Part shown: positions 24,887 through 36,969 of the stretch, piece after piece
Position numbering within the stretch: the first letter of the stretch is position 1
How the letters are laid out: each line of letters starts with the position of its first letter
Source: Moniliella sp. 'wahieum'
Taxonomy: Eukaryota
Direction: 5' to 3'
Length of the DNA: 64,000 nucleotides
Assembly: GCA_003971905.1 (NCBI GenBank)
Contig: RSEE01000033.1
Span: 558,001 to 622,000, forward strand
Program-made: the position numbers and the translations under genes
Notes under the pieces: generated by a model
Databases searched by the model: none
Told to the model about the DNA's origin: nothing
Seen by the model: only the letters and a program-made list of their open reading frames with translations

Positions 24887-27800
24887 ATGTCAGGTTGGCC
24901 CCTTGAGTTCATCTACCGCCTTCCTCCCCGCGCGCCCACCACATCGCTCGGGGACTGGATGGCCCAGAACGTGACCGACAACGGCACGGCCACCACTTTG
25001 CTTGACTGCCTCTGCTCTTCCACACGCCCCGCCCTCTGGAGCCCTGACCTCGCCCGCCCACCCCTCGACCATCGCAGCCTCAAGAATTTCGTCCAGTCCT
25101 TCACCCTCCCAGTCTCGTCCCGCTCCCGTAGCAGGCCTCTCCAGCCTAATGATCGCGTCATGCTGCTCCTGCCCACCGGCCCTGAAAATGCGTTGATGCT
25201 CATGTCCATTGCCACCTACCATACCTGCGCCCCGCTCAACGCCGCTTGCACTGCTGGTGAACTGCGCGACGATGCCGTTCGTCTCCGTGCCCGCGCAGTC
25301 GTCACTACCCGTGACAGCTTGGAGCGTCTCGGTTGCTACGAGCTCTATGCTGAAGAAAACATGGAGATCATTGTTGTCGACTTCAAGACCTCGGGCCCCG
25401 CTGGCTACTTTGACATGGCAGTGCTCGAAGGTGATGATTTGGTTCCATACCAGCAGGCTCTCAGCCGCCGTGCCCACCATCTACTCTTACAGACTATTCT
25501 CTTGTCCTTCATACTTCTGGTACGTCGGGCAAGAAGAAAGTTGTACCCTACTCTCTGCGTCACATGATCGTAGGCACCTGCTGTGTCTTCTCCTGGGAAC
25601 TCAAGCCCGAATCAGTCAACAGTATGTCCCCATCCTTCCCCCCCCCACCCTCCTCCCCATTTTGTCTGGAGCTGAACTGACTTGCCGCTTCGCAGTGAAC
25701 ATGATGCCGCTCTTCATGTTGGCGGTATTGTACGCAATCTGTGGTCCCTCTCTTTTCCAATGGGTCCGCCATCATGTGTGCTGGATTTGACGCAACGACA
25801 TGGTGGAAACTTGCGGGTCAATTGGGTGCGACGTGGTACTACGCTGCCCCCCCATGCACCATGCCATCCTGGGCTCTAAGCCCGAGGGCACAGTTGCCTC
25901 GCGCGACACTAAGATCAAAATGATCTGCAATGCCGCCGGTGGTCTACTTCCTCTTTGGCTGTGAAGCTCAAGGAGAACTTTGGTGACTGCGCTGTCCTCC
26001 CTTCCTACGGCATGACCGAGTGGTACGTGGCTCTCTCTTCTTTTTCCATGCTATATATGACATGTGATTCCCTGGTTGGTAGCATGCCCATCGCCTCCCC
26101 GCCGACTGATTACCAGTTGGACCGCCCTGGTTGTTCGGGTGTAGCCTGCGGCCCTGGTCGTCAATCCGTGACCCCTTCAACCTGAGAACGAGCGGCCATT
26201 GGACAGACAGGTGCCGTATGCGTGCGTGGCCTGCCCACCTTCAGCGGTTACGAAACCGACCCCGATGGTCCATTGATGCCTCTTCCTTCTCCTCTGAGGG
26301 CTGGTTTGACTCGGGTGACATGGGACACATGGGACGCTGATGGCTATCTGTTCATCACGGGTAGGTCAAAAGAGATCATTAACAAGGGTGGTGAGGTTAT
26401 CTCCCCCTTTGAGGTCGAAGAGGCCATCACACAAGCCACCACCGGCCGGGTCAAAGACACACTCTGTTTTTCGATCGAGCACGACGTTCTCCAAGAAACG
26501 ATTGGTGTGGTGATTGTTCCTACACCGAACGAACCCGGGTGGGCTTGTCCGAGCTGCGAACATGCTGAGGAACTATCTCCATCATCCAAATGGCCCTTTG
26601 CGATTGTCTACATGGACGATCTACCCAAGAATCAGGCGGGTAAACCTTTGCGTATCAAGCTCGCCAGTCGCCTGGGCATTGGACCCTTGACCGATAGCGT
26701 CCCTGCCCTGCAACGGCACTTTGAGGCGAAGGCACCGGGAAAGAGGTTCCTCTTTCCGAACCGATCCCTTGCCAACTGGTCAATGTGGATGTGCGGGCAG
26801 TGGAGCGGGCGTGCTACCGTATCCCTGGCATTGTTGAGGCGGCTGTGCGTGTGCGCAGGGACGGTGCTCCTGAAGCATTCATCTATGTTGAGGAGGACAT
26901 GCCATACGATGCAGCTGACATTGATCGTGCCTTGGCACAAGTGCTGGATGGCCGTGGTGCCTAATCCACTGCATGTCTTCCGCCAGCCTCTCGCAAAGAC
27001 ACCTCAAGGCCAGATTGACTTTGACACTATGGAGGCCGAAGTGCGCGCTCAGAACGCCCAAGACATGTCGAGCACGGGCATCATTGTCCGTGATATTATC
27101 GGCAAATTGCTCAACACGGATCCTGGGAGCATCACGGCTGAGTCCGACTTCTTCCTACTCGGTGGAAACTCCTCTTGCTAGGCCGTCTCGTAGCCCAGAT
27201 CCGCAAGGAGACGGGCGTGTCGCTTGAGGTGTCGTCCCTCTTTACCAACTCAACGATTGAGGCGATCGCCGGTATGATTGAGGAGAGACGGGCGGTTCAG
27301 ATGCCGATGAGGAAGACGAGGGCTATTACGATGAGAAGACGGGCTTTAGTTCCAACTTCCTTTCTGCCACCGCTACGATGATGATGAGGAAGGGTACCTG
27401 AGCTCACACGGCTATCAACCTCGGTCCCAGACCCATCCGTGGGTCATGTTCATCCAAATCATCCCACTCCTCTTCTTCTACCCGTTCAAGGCCGCCTGGA
27501 CTTGGACTGTCCTACTCCACGGCCTTGCATTCTCTGCGTATTACATCGACGACAACTTTTGGGAACGTGTGGGCGTCCTGCTCTTGTCTTTGTTTGTCGC
27601 TCGTCTCACCTCTCGGATCATCTGCCCGGTCACAGCCATTGCCTTCAAGTGGCTTGTGATTGGCCGATACCGCCCAGGAAAGTATCCTATGTGGTGCAAC
27701 TATCATCTGCGTTGGTGGATTGTTAACCAGTCCCTCACCACGGCTGGTAAGGGTCTGTTCAATCTCACCCCCGAGTTACGCAAGGTCTATTTCCGGCTCC

Positions 27801-29977
27801 TGGGTGCTTCCATCGGCAAGAATGTCAAGATCGACAAGTTTGCCAAATTGGGCGAATATGATCTGCTTACGATTCATGATGGTGCACAGATCGACAAATC
27901 GGTCGTCCGTGGTTTCTGCGTTGAGCGTGACGGATACTTCCGCCTGGAACCGATCATCATTGGGCGGGACTGCATCGTCAACACCTACACTCAGATTTCC
28001 CCCGGTGCTCGCTTGGCCAACGGGACGGTTTGGGGTCCTCAGTCGAGTAGCCACGAGGAGCCCTCGATGGACAGCTATGCCGCATACAACCGCGAGGCGG
28101 TGCCAAAGCCGCATTGGCTGTTGGTGGTATTCCTTGGCTTGCCCCTCAAACTGATTGTCTGGGTGCTGTGCTATCTCCCTTGGTTTTCAGCCTTGTTCAT
28201 GCTGCTTTCAACACCGTTTTTGTTCAACAAGCACGATTCGCTCAAGGGCGTTATTGCCTGGTTCTCCTTCCCTCAGCGAATTGGATGGCACTACGTTGCG
28301 CGCATTGTGCGCAATGGCATGCCGGCCATGTCGAATATCATTCTCGGGATCCTTATCAAGCGTATCTGCGGTGTCAACAAGGAGGGCTCGATGCAGAATG
28401 CGACGCAGCTCTCTCTTTGGCGTCGCTGGATTCAATCCGAGTTCCTCTCTCAACCCCAGATCCGCCGCTCTATGTCTATTTTGGGGACTCACTACGAGAT
28501 GACCTCTGTCATCTATCGTGCTATGGGAGCCAAGATTGGAAAACGAGTGTACTGGCCTGGATCAGGCATCTATTGCCCGGACCCAGAGCTGCTTGAGATT
28601 GGGGACGATGTGGTGTTTGGGTCTCGTTCGGAGGTCTTCACCTCAGACTCGATTGGATGGGCTAAAGTGCGCGTCGCTCGGGGCGCCATGATTGCAGACC
28701 GTGTCGTGCTGTCCCCTGGTGTGACGGTGGGGAAGCAGTGTGTGATGGGTTCAGGCGCTCTGGCGCGCAGGAACGGGTACTACGAGCCGCTGTCGGTCTG
28801 GATGGGCTCCAAGCATGGCGAAGCTGTTAGCTTTGGCAAGTCTGCCCCCTCCGAGGAGACGGGGGAGAATGCCACCATCACGCCATTCGGGCGGGCGTTT
28901 TACAAGCGCCAAGCCAATTTCTTTGTTTTCCCCTACCCGATGCTCGTGCTCATCAATATCATTATGAGCGTCGTCACTTCGCTCTACTGGGCCTCGCCTG
29001 CTGTCGCCGCTATCACCTTCCTCAACTTTCTCCGCATACAGTTTGAGACCAAGGCCGACGGTCTGTTTGGCGACCACTGGTACCGCCCAGCGCTCGTGTA
29101 CATTTACATCGCGCTCGCCTTTGTGATTATTATGGGGGGGCAGATGCTGATTGCATTTGCGTGGGTGATCGGAACCAAGTGGGCGATCATCGGTCGGCGG
29201 CGCGAAGGACGGTACGATTGGGACAAGTCATCGTACTGCCAGCGCTGGCAGCTTCATCTCGTGCTCCAGAAACTGTTGGGCAAGGGCTTTGGTGGGCACA
29301 TTATTGGTTGCATTTCCGGCACGGTGTACGCGGTCTGGTACCTTCGCGCCATGGGCGGCCAGGTGGGTCGGGACTGTTCGATTTGGGCGGGTGGAAAGCC
29401 ATCGCTTCAGTTTACCGAACCAGAGTTGGTCACGTTTGGGGATCGGGTCAGCGTCGACGATTGCTCGGTTGTCGCTCACATCAATTCTCGTGGTCGCTTT
29501 TCCCTCAACGCACTTCGGATCGGGGATGGTTGTGCGATGCGCACGGGCTCCCGTCTGCTTTCGGGGGCTAACATGGAACCTCGCAGCATGCTCCTCGAGC
29601 ATACGCTAGTTGCGTCGGGTGAGATTGCTGAGGCGGGGATGGTATATGCTGGTTGGCCTGCTCGCCAGCTACGGGTACGCAAGCCCAAGCCTGCCCCCAC
29701 TGCGTCGTCGGTACCTACCTTGGTAGTTGATGGAGGCTTTTCTCAGAGCAAGGGTTTTGGTCTCTCGCCCATACCCTCGGCCTTGCCTTCGATGAGTTCC
29801 AGTCCCTTTGCCTCCAAGGATGCATTCAGTTCGCAGGATGCATTTGCTCCCATCTCGGCTCCTGCTGTGCCCTACGGGCACCAGCCTTCCACCTCCTACA
29901 ATGGTTCTTTGGCCGATTCCTACGGCCATGGAGGGTACCCGTACCAAACGCCCATGCAACCCCATTCAGCATTTTAA
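24887..29977 (+). CDS. Membrane NRPS-like enzyme: A domain - T domain - three TM/left-handed beta-helix repeats (Pls / polymalate-synthetase architecture)
   Basis: A: HTSGTSGKKKVVP, MPLFHVGG, PSYGMTE, GWFDSGDMG, LFITGRSKEIINKGGE, LPKNQAGK. T: DFFLLGGNS. C-terminal 843-aa ORF has three R.[LM]G..[IV]G repeats with hexapeptide-like strands and TM pairs. No C, TE or R domain seen. Introns ~25622-25695 and ~26023-26082. Confidence 0.88.
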
Positions 29978-32596
29978 CCTCTGCCTCGACTACATCATCT
30001 TCTCTGCTTGGTCAAGTCCCCTTTTAGCTCTATGTGGCCCCGGTGGTCGCTGTCCTGGCCTGGCGAGCCTGGAGGGCCCTCTTGGGGCCCACCTCGTCGC
30101 GGCCCATCGAAAGGGCGAGCATCCCACTCGTTCGTTCTCCCATTGGCTTTTTTTCGTTTTCCTCCCGTCTTCCCTCTTACACATTGCTCCCGTCTTTCCT
30201 CTTGCCTTCCTGGCTCATCGGACCTGTATTTCTTTGGGTCCTCCCCCCGGTTGATCCCGCTCCCCCCATATCGCTCCCTACACCGCCATCTCTTCTCGCT
30301 GGAACGTTGAACTCTCTCTGTCTAACCCACGGTCCTTTAAGGATCCATCATCCTTGGCTCCAATAGACCTGTGTGCTCTCCTCTCGTCTCTCCCTTGTGC
30401 CTGCACCTCACGTCAATGCTCTGCTCACTTCAAACTTCACCGCACCCGGCACAGCTTTGATAGATTGTGACTTAATTGTGGCTTTAGGCTCTCTGTGGCC
30501 TTTTACCGGTTACCCTCTACGCCTTGCCCCCTGCCTAGTTGCCAACTTACCGGCTACTCCTGACAAATCACCACAGCATCTGAGCTGAGAGACGCTGCGA
30601 TCAGCAGTTCGATCTGCCGTTCTCAGATCCATATCATTTCAACTTCAACTACGTTGGCAGGCTGATGGATAGGGATGGAGAGATGGCGCAAGCTTTGATT
30701 TTCGGCGTGCTTCGCACTCCAGTTTAATTGTGAACAGCGGTGATACTGCAACTTGAGCGTGAAGTTTAACCCGGCCGGGCTGAGATCTGTGGAGAGAGCG
30801 TCACGGTGGTCGTTTTGGAACACACACACAAATGGGACCCGAATGAGCGTGATGCATCCATCCAGGGTGTTTCTTCTCTTCTCCGCCGTTTTTTACCATG
30901 GTTCAAGCCCGACGTCACAACACTTTTCCCTTCTAGGCGTTAAAATTGACCTCAGGCCTGAGCCCCCAGGACTCAGTACTCAGAGGGCCTCAGGCCTCAC
31001 TCTCCCTCCTATAGGCGCATCAACGTTCAACCACATAATATCCGTCAGATGGGACGAAGACGCCAACGGTTGGCTTTGGCCCTTTTTCTCTCTCACATCT
31101 TTCACGCCCCATCTCTCATCCCTCAGGCCTCGGTACCTCATTTCTCAGTACGCAGTGTAAGATGCGGACGACGCGAGGGGGGTCGAAGTCGATTGATGAC
31201 AATCGCTGGTAGACTTTATTGAGACGAAACGGCGAAGAGTGTGCTGGGAAAAACATTGGCTGAAAGTGTTTGACTGCTTTGGCTTCCGATGATCGTTCTG
31301 ATCGGAGATCAGGGCCTGCGCTCATCACGGGTGATAACGGCACGTACGTGTGCACAAACCCCGGAATCACCGGTGGCAATTGTGTGTTGTTGAGTGAGGG
31401 TCTATCGTCACGGGGTTTGTGACGCGTGATATGAGCTTCCTGAATCTTAGATCTTCATCTTCCTCCTTGTGACAGGCACGCTGCTGGTGCGGGGATCCAA
31501 ATGCGGACAGGGCGTAGCAGCCTTAGGCCTAAGGCCTAGTAAGGCATACATACCTTGAACCCCTCAGGCGCCTCACAGACCTCAAGCTGCAAGCTCGTTT
31601 TCTGCACCGCACGGCATGCAGCACACTGAGCCCTGGGGTGCGCGGTGCGGGAGGCCCCGGGAGTGTGCACATGGCACAGCCTCAGCAGTGTTCAGCGAGC
31701 ATCTGAGCTTGGAGGTACTAGTGCAGTAGTAGATGGCAACAGGCATAATGATGGGCCTTGTGCGCCCCCCGCCCCCCACCAGTGTTTTTTTTGGGACCTG
31801 ACTTGTTCGGCTCGAACTGGCAGCAGTGTCGCACGCATAATGCTACTGTTTGCAATTAGCTGCCTGTTCAGGACGTTCACAGGGTTCGACGTTCACGTTC
31901 AGGCCCTTGAATAAGGCGGTGTTCGACGACCAGTACGTTCAGGCCCTCGCGCCCCTCAAGCTTCAAGGGCCGCAGAGCAGTGAGCCGGTCAGGCTGAGGG
32001 CTGAGGCTCAGCCCTCTGGCCCGTCGATCCATGCGTTCAAAGTTCGACTGAACGTTCAGAACGCCCAGTGATCGATGATCCCGACTAGCAACGTAGCCCC
32101 ACCGGTTTGCTCGGGCAAAAGGCTGCTCGGCACTATAGATTGTCATACAGCCACCGCTGACCCATGATGCATGATGCATGACTTGGTTGTAGATGTTGAT
32201 GTTCGCCTGTTCGCTCCAAATTCGGGCCTCACTTTGCTTAAGACGGCCCCAACTCGCTTCCTTTGCTTCGTTTCCTCGCCATTCCGCCTTGCTTCCCCCT
32301 ACAGCCATAGGCCACCCCCCCTGCGGGCCAGGACAACTCTCTCCCCCTTCTAACAGCGGCAGCTTGCGCCCGGTGCGTGTGGGTGATTGTGTGGTTGATC
32401 CACATCCCTGCCTGTCTGCTATCAAGCGCTGGACGCTCTCTTTCCCCCGTCCCATCTCACCCTTTGGGCACTGGCTGTCCCACCATCATCAACCCTTCTC
32501 CTCCGCTTTCCCAGCCCCTAAAGTGTTCGTTTCATGTCAAAGAGGCGCCTGCGTCCTTGTATGCTCGAGCTGACATTGCCTTCTAAATAGGCTTCA

Positions 32597-34142
32597 ATGA
32601 GACTTGTTGCCCCAAATGGTCTGGGTCTCTCCCTGGTGGATGAGACTCCCGTGCCGTTTCCCTCAACGACCTCTGATGCTATGGCAACCAAAAAAGACCA
32701 AACCGATGTCGTTTCGCTTAAACTAAGCCAACTTTACGATCATGCCCGAACCCGACGCCAATCTCTATTGTCTTCTCGTCTTCTGGATCCCGGAAACGAT
32801 ACTTCCCTCCCCGCCCTGGTGGCGGACACGAGTTCAGGTACCTCAAGCACCGACAGCGGAAGCGAGAGCGATGGCCCTGTTCTCTGCAAGCCAGCTTCCT
32901 TCCGTCGCCAGGTGTCCTCCACCCTCCTTGCGGAAGAGTGCCCCGAAGTTAGTCCCGATTCTGCTTCTTCGGAGGACGAGAGTCCATGGGCTAGGCGCCG
33001 GGGACGCTCCCTGTGCGCTGCGCCTCGTTTGCCTAGTGGTGGACGTCGCCTGGGACTCAAAGGGGTGTCGATGAATCAAGATGGTGACCGGTATACTACT
33101 CTGTCGTCTTTCACGCCACGCCGAGGCGTTCATGTACTTCCATCTCGCCCCATCCATTCCCCCCTTTCTCATCCTTCTGGTTTGGGCCGAGGGTTGCCCT
33201 GCCGCCCGGCTGTATCTATGAACAATGTTTCCCCGCCTTCTTCTTCTGACGAAAGCTGGGGGTCGGCAGAGACGACTGTGAGGCGATCCATCTCATCCCC
33301 TTCCCCTCCTTCCTCCCCTGTTCCCATGATGACGATCGAGTTGACCGTCACTCCGCCCACCCCAACGATGAAGACCAATCTCCTCCTTCCGGAAGAACTA
33401 AAGGAGTTCGAAACAGCCCGGGTGCCTAGCGTTGCGCTCCGGGCTACCGTCGCTCCACCCCCCAAGAAGCTTATCGCTATCCCACTTCGGCGGCTCGCTA
33501 CTATGCTCACACCCTCTCCCTCCTCCCGCCCCCCTTTGACGTGGCGCCCGGACGCAACATCAAGCTCCATGATCGTATGCAGGTCAAGCGGAATCATCTG
33601 CAAATGCTTCTAGACGCTAAGCAAGTGATCGAACAGCGGATCCAAGAGCACCAAACTAAGCAGGTACCCGTGGAGCCCACTGGCCCCAGGGTGCGTGTGC
33701 TCTCAGATTCGGGTGCTCTACCTGCCCCGGGGTGGTCCGGACTACTCGCAGCATCACCCCTAGTCCCCGGCAAGCTCCCACCTATTCTGCGTTGGTTCCC
33801 GGCACTCCTCGTCTGCCCTCATGTGGAGCGTCCAACAGTCTGCCACGGCGTGTGCCCAGTCAGCGGCTAGTCCGCCCCATGGCACCTTCCTCCTCTTCAG
33901 AGTCGTCCGCATCCTCGGACGAGGACGACTTTGGCACGCGTCCGAACAAGTTGACTGAGTGGGTACACAGTTCTTTGCCTACGAACCGGCTGGCGGCTGT
34001 TAGAGCCTTGCCGCTCGCTAGCGCTTCTTACTCGGACCCGACCTCTTCAGACGAGGACTCAGATGGATCTCAGAAGCGCCAGCTGGCGCGGACTCACATG
34101 CTCCAGCGTCTAGGGCAACGTGCCACTCGGATGAATCGGTGA
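32597..34142 (+). CDS. Hypothetical Ser/Pro-rich protein
   Basis: Chained ORFs 32597..33613, 33541..33870 and 33732..34142; intron-like acceptor (GCTGAC..TAG) at about 32590. No recognisable domain. Confidence 0.5.
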
Positions 34143-34307
34143 GTAATGAATGCACCTTAACCTGGGACTTCTCAACCCTCCCCTTCCTATTATGAATGGA
34201 ATTTCTCTCCTCAACAATATTCCTTCTGTACAACAAGTGCTCGGTATCACCATAAACATATACATCAAGGAAAAGGAAACGAGTGAGTACCCAAGGCAGT
34301 AGTGCCC

Positions 34308-35464
34308 TTATAGCCCTGCTAAGGCCGACTTGATCTCGTCCCACATGTCCGTTTGCCTCCATACATCGATGATGGAAGCGATTATCATCCAGGTTGACGC
34401 CTCGGCAGCTCGGGCTTGAGCAAAGACAGTCTCTTGTGCCTCCGCTAACCTGGAGGCGACAGTCGATGGAGAGGTGGATAGGGGCTTGCTCTTGATTCTT
34501 GGGCCCAATAGAGCAATCTCATCCTCATTCCCCTCTTGCTCTAGGCCGGATCCTTCCTCCTTTTCTAGCAGACGAGCGGTGCGTTCGCGAGACGATTGAT
34601 GGCCCGCGTCAAGGCCCGTACGAGTTGACGCAACATACTCGTCTCATCGCTATCCAAGTGCGGAGTCAGAGAAGCCAACAGGGCAAAGATCCACACCGCT
34701 AAGTGGGAGGGAATGGCGCGCCGAAGTTGATCCCGAACATCGTCTGTGCCAGCCTCGTCTTCCCCCCAGCTACCGGACCAGGCCAGAGGCAAAACTGCTT
34801 TCGCACCCCCACGGCTTCGTAACACTTCGTCTTGTGCGGCCGGGAGATTGAGCCAATCGGTCATGGCTTCGAGGAGGAAAAGTCGGTCCTGATGCTGGAG
34901 TGCGGTAAGCTGAACCATCGAAGGCCGCCGGACTAGCACCTTCTCGATCGGCGCCTGATCCTTGTCCCGCATTCGAAAGCCATGGAGCCATGCAAACCAG
35001 AGCCCTTCGTTATTCGGGTCGTCCGGAAGATCTCTTTGAGCGGCAACGATCTCCCTTTTTTTCTCTGGAGGAGGGGAGGCGTAAGAGGAGGCGATGCGGT
35101 CACGCAAGTTGCGAAACTTGGTGGTGTAGACCTTGTGCCATATCCCGTCGCAGGGAACAGGCAAGGCACTGGCCAAGACCCCGTCTGCCTTGGAGGTGGG
35201 TGACTCTTTTGTGCTGGGAACTGCGGCGGCGGGCTTCATGTAGGGATGATCTGGGGCGAGGCGGTAGACCGGAGCATGTCGCCGCGCTTCTTGCCGCACC
35301 ATCGCGAGGTACTGGCCACCGTCGATGGGGATGCCGTTAAAGCCAGGCGGCAAGTCGGGCACCTCGAACGCCGCACCTCCACCCTCCTCCTGGGCGTTGT
35401 TGTGACCCTTGTTGCCGTGCTTTCCTCCGCCAGCGAAACGAGCACGCTTGCGGGGGTTGCTCAT
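34308..35464 (-). CDS. Gemin2/Brr1-like snRNP assembly factor
   Basis: PIDGGQYLAMVRQEA, WIFALLASL..L......LRQLVR, and C-terminal WMII..I..VWRQTDMW. Confidence 0.75.
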
Positions 35465-35646
35465 CTGAAAGGGGGGTGGTGATGGTGGTGGCTGTCAACT
35501 GGCCGGCTTGCGTCGCAATTCCCCATCTGCATCATCCCTGGATGTGACTTTTTCAGAGGGGAAATATTGAACTAATCCAAGCAGTCGATCATCGAGTGGT
35601 TGCCGGTCGCTGCCGGAGCCATTCCCCACCACCTCGACTCTTCTCC

Positions 35647-36777
35647 ATGGCTGCGCCCAGCCAACTCCTCCGCATCCTCATTGTCGTACGTCCCATACCC
35701 CACCTCCCCATTTGTGTCTAACCCGCACCCGCACCCGAAAGCGTCACGGAGAGACGGCGTCCAATGCGAGTGGCATCATCCAGGGCCAGCTTGACATTCC
35801 TCTCAACGCCAAGGGCTACCTACAGGCCTACTACACTGCCCACTGCTCGCGCACGAGACATCGATGAGGGTCTATACTTCGCCCCTACAGCGTGCTCGAG
35901 ACACGGCCCTGACCATCGTCCGCGTTCACCCGTCGCTTCGGGTGGCTTCGGATGCGAAGGCAGAGGATGAGGCTCAGCGCCTGTTTCAGGCTCAAGGTAC
36001 GCCAACCAGTTTGTCTCCCCCCCAGCGGGTCGCGACGGATGTGCGGATTATGGAACGTAACTTAGGAGAGCTTCAGGGAAAGCCCGGTGCTGGTCGTCCT
36101 CATGGGGAGATCCCCGGGGCCGAGACGGCATCTGAATTGCAAAAGCGTCTCCTTCGTTTTGGGCCGACATGACCGCGGCGCCGCTGGAGCCGTTCGCGGT
36201 GCCATCCAACTCGTCGTCAGGGACGAGCACACGGGGCAAGCTTCAGGTGTCAACACACCTACTTGGGCATTGGACCATACCGAGTACATTCTTCCCCTCC
36301 TCCACCTGCAGCCATGGAAATGGTCCAACAGCGATTCCAAAAGCCCCATTCCCGTCCGGCCAAGACGTTTGCCCGAACAGTTGTGCTTGTTTCCCATGGG
36401 GCAGCGATGCGCAATTTGGTCGCGTGAGTTCTTCTCCAATCGGATAAAAGCAACGCTAACGTTCTACGATCAGCGCCAACTTGCTCCACTCTGGTGCGGT
36501 CCAGCTCAGCCCTGAGTTGCAAAGCGCCTTTGATGCCGGCGCCCGATTGGGACCAAAGGCCGCTTCTCTAACTGTTCCATCACGGAGATCCACTGGCCAG
36601 TTGGATTGACTGTATGCGACGCCATGTCAGGCAGTGCACTTCAGGCCCTACCACGGCACTCTGGTGCGCTGGTCCGATCTTACTCACCTGCCCCCTGAAT
36701 TGGAGAAGCAACTGGTGGACAATGTCGATGAAGTGGAGGAGGAAGATGAGGAGGAAGCTGCGGAGAAAACATGCTAA
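35647..36777 (+). CDS. Histidine phosphatase (phosphoglycerate mutase-like) family protein
   Basis: RHGET..N..GIIQG.LDIPLN, VYTSPLQRARDTA, IMERNLGELQG, LVVRDEHTG; intron ~35686-35741. Confidence 0.75.
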
Positions 36778-36969
36778 GAGTCGGGCTTGACTCCATGCCC
36801 GTCCAGCTTTGCTTCACCCTTCACTACTGTTCACCCGCATGTGCAACATCCATTTACACCACTGCATGCTTCATCTGCCTAGCAAGCTAACCAATGCCAT
36901 TGCCCCTGTAATGACTGCAACCATATTCGTTCAGAAGAGGCATATGATTGCTTAGTATGCCCTCTTGGT

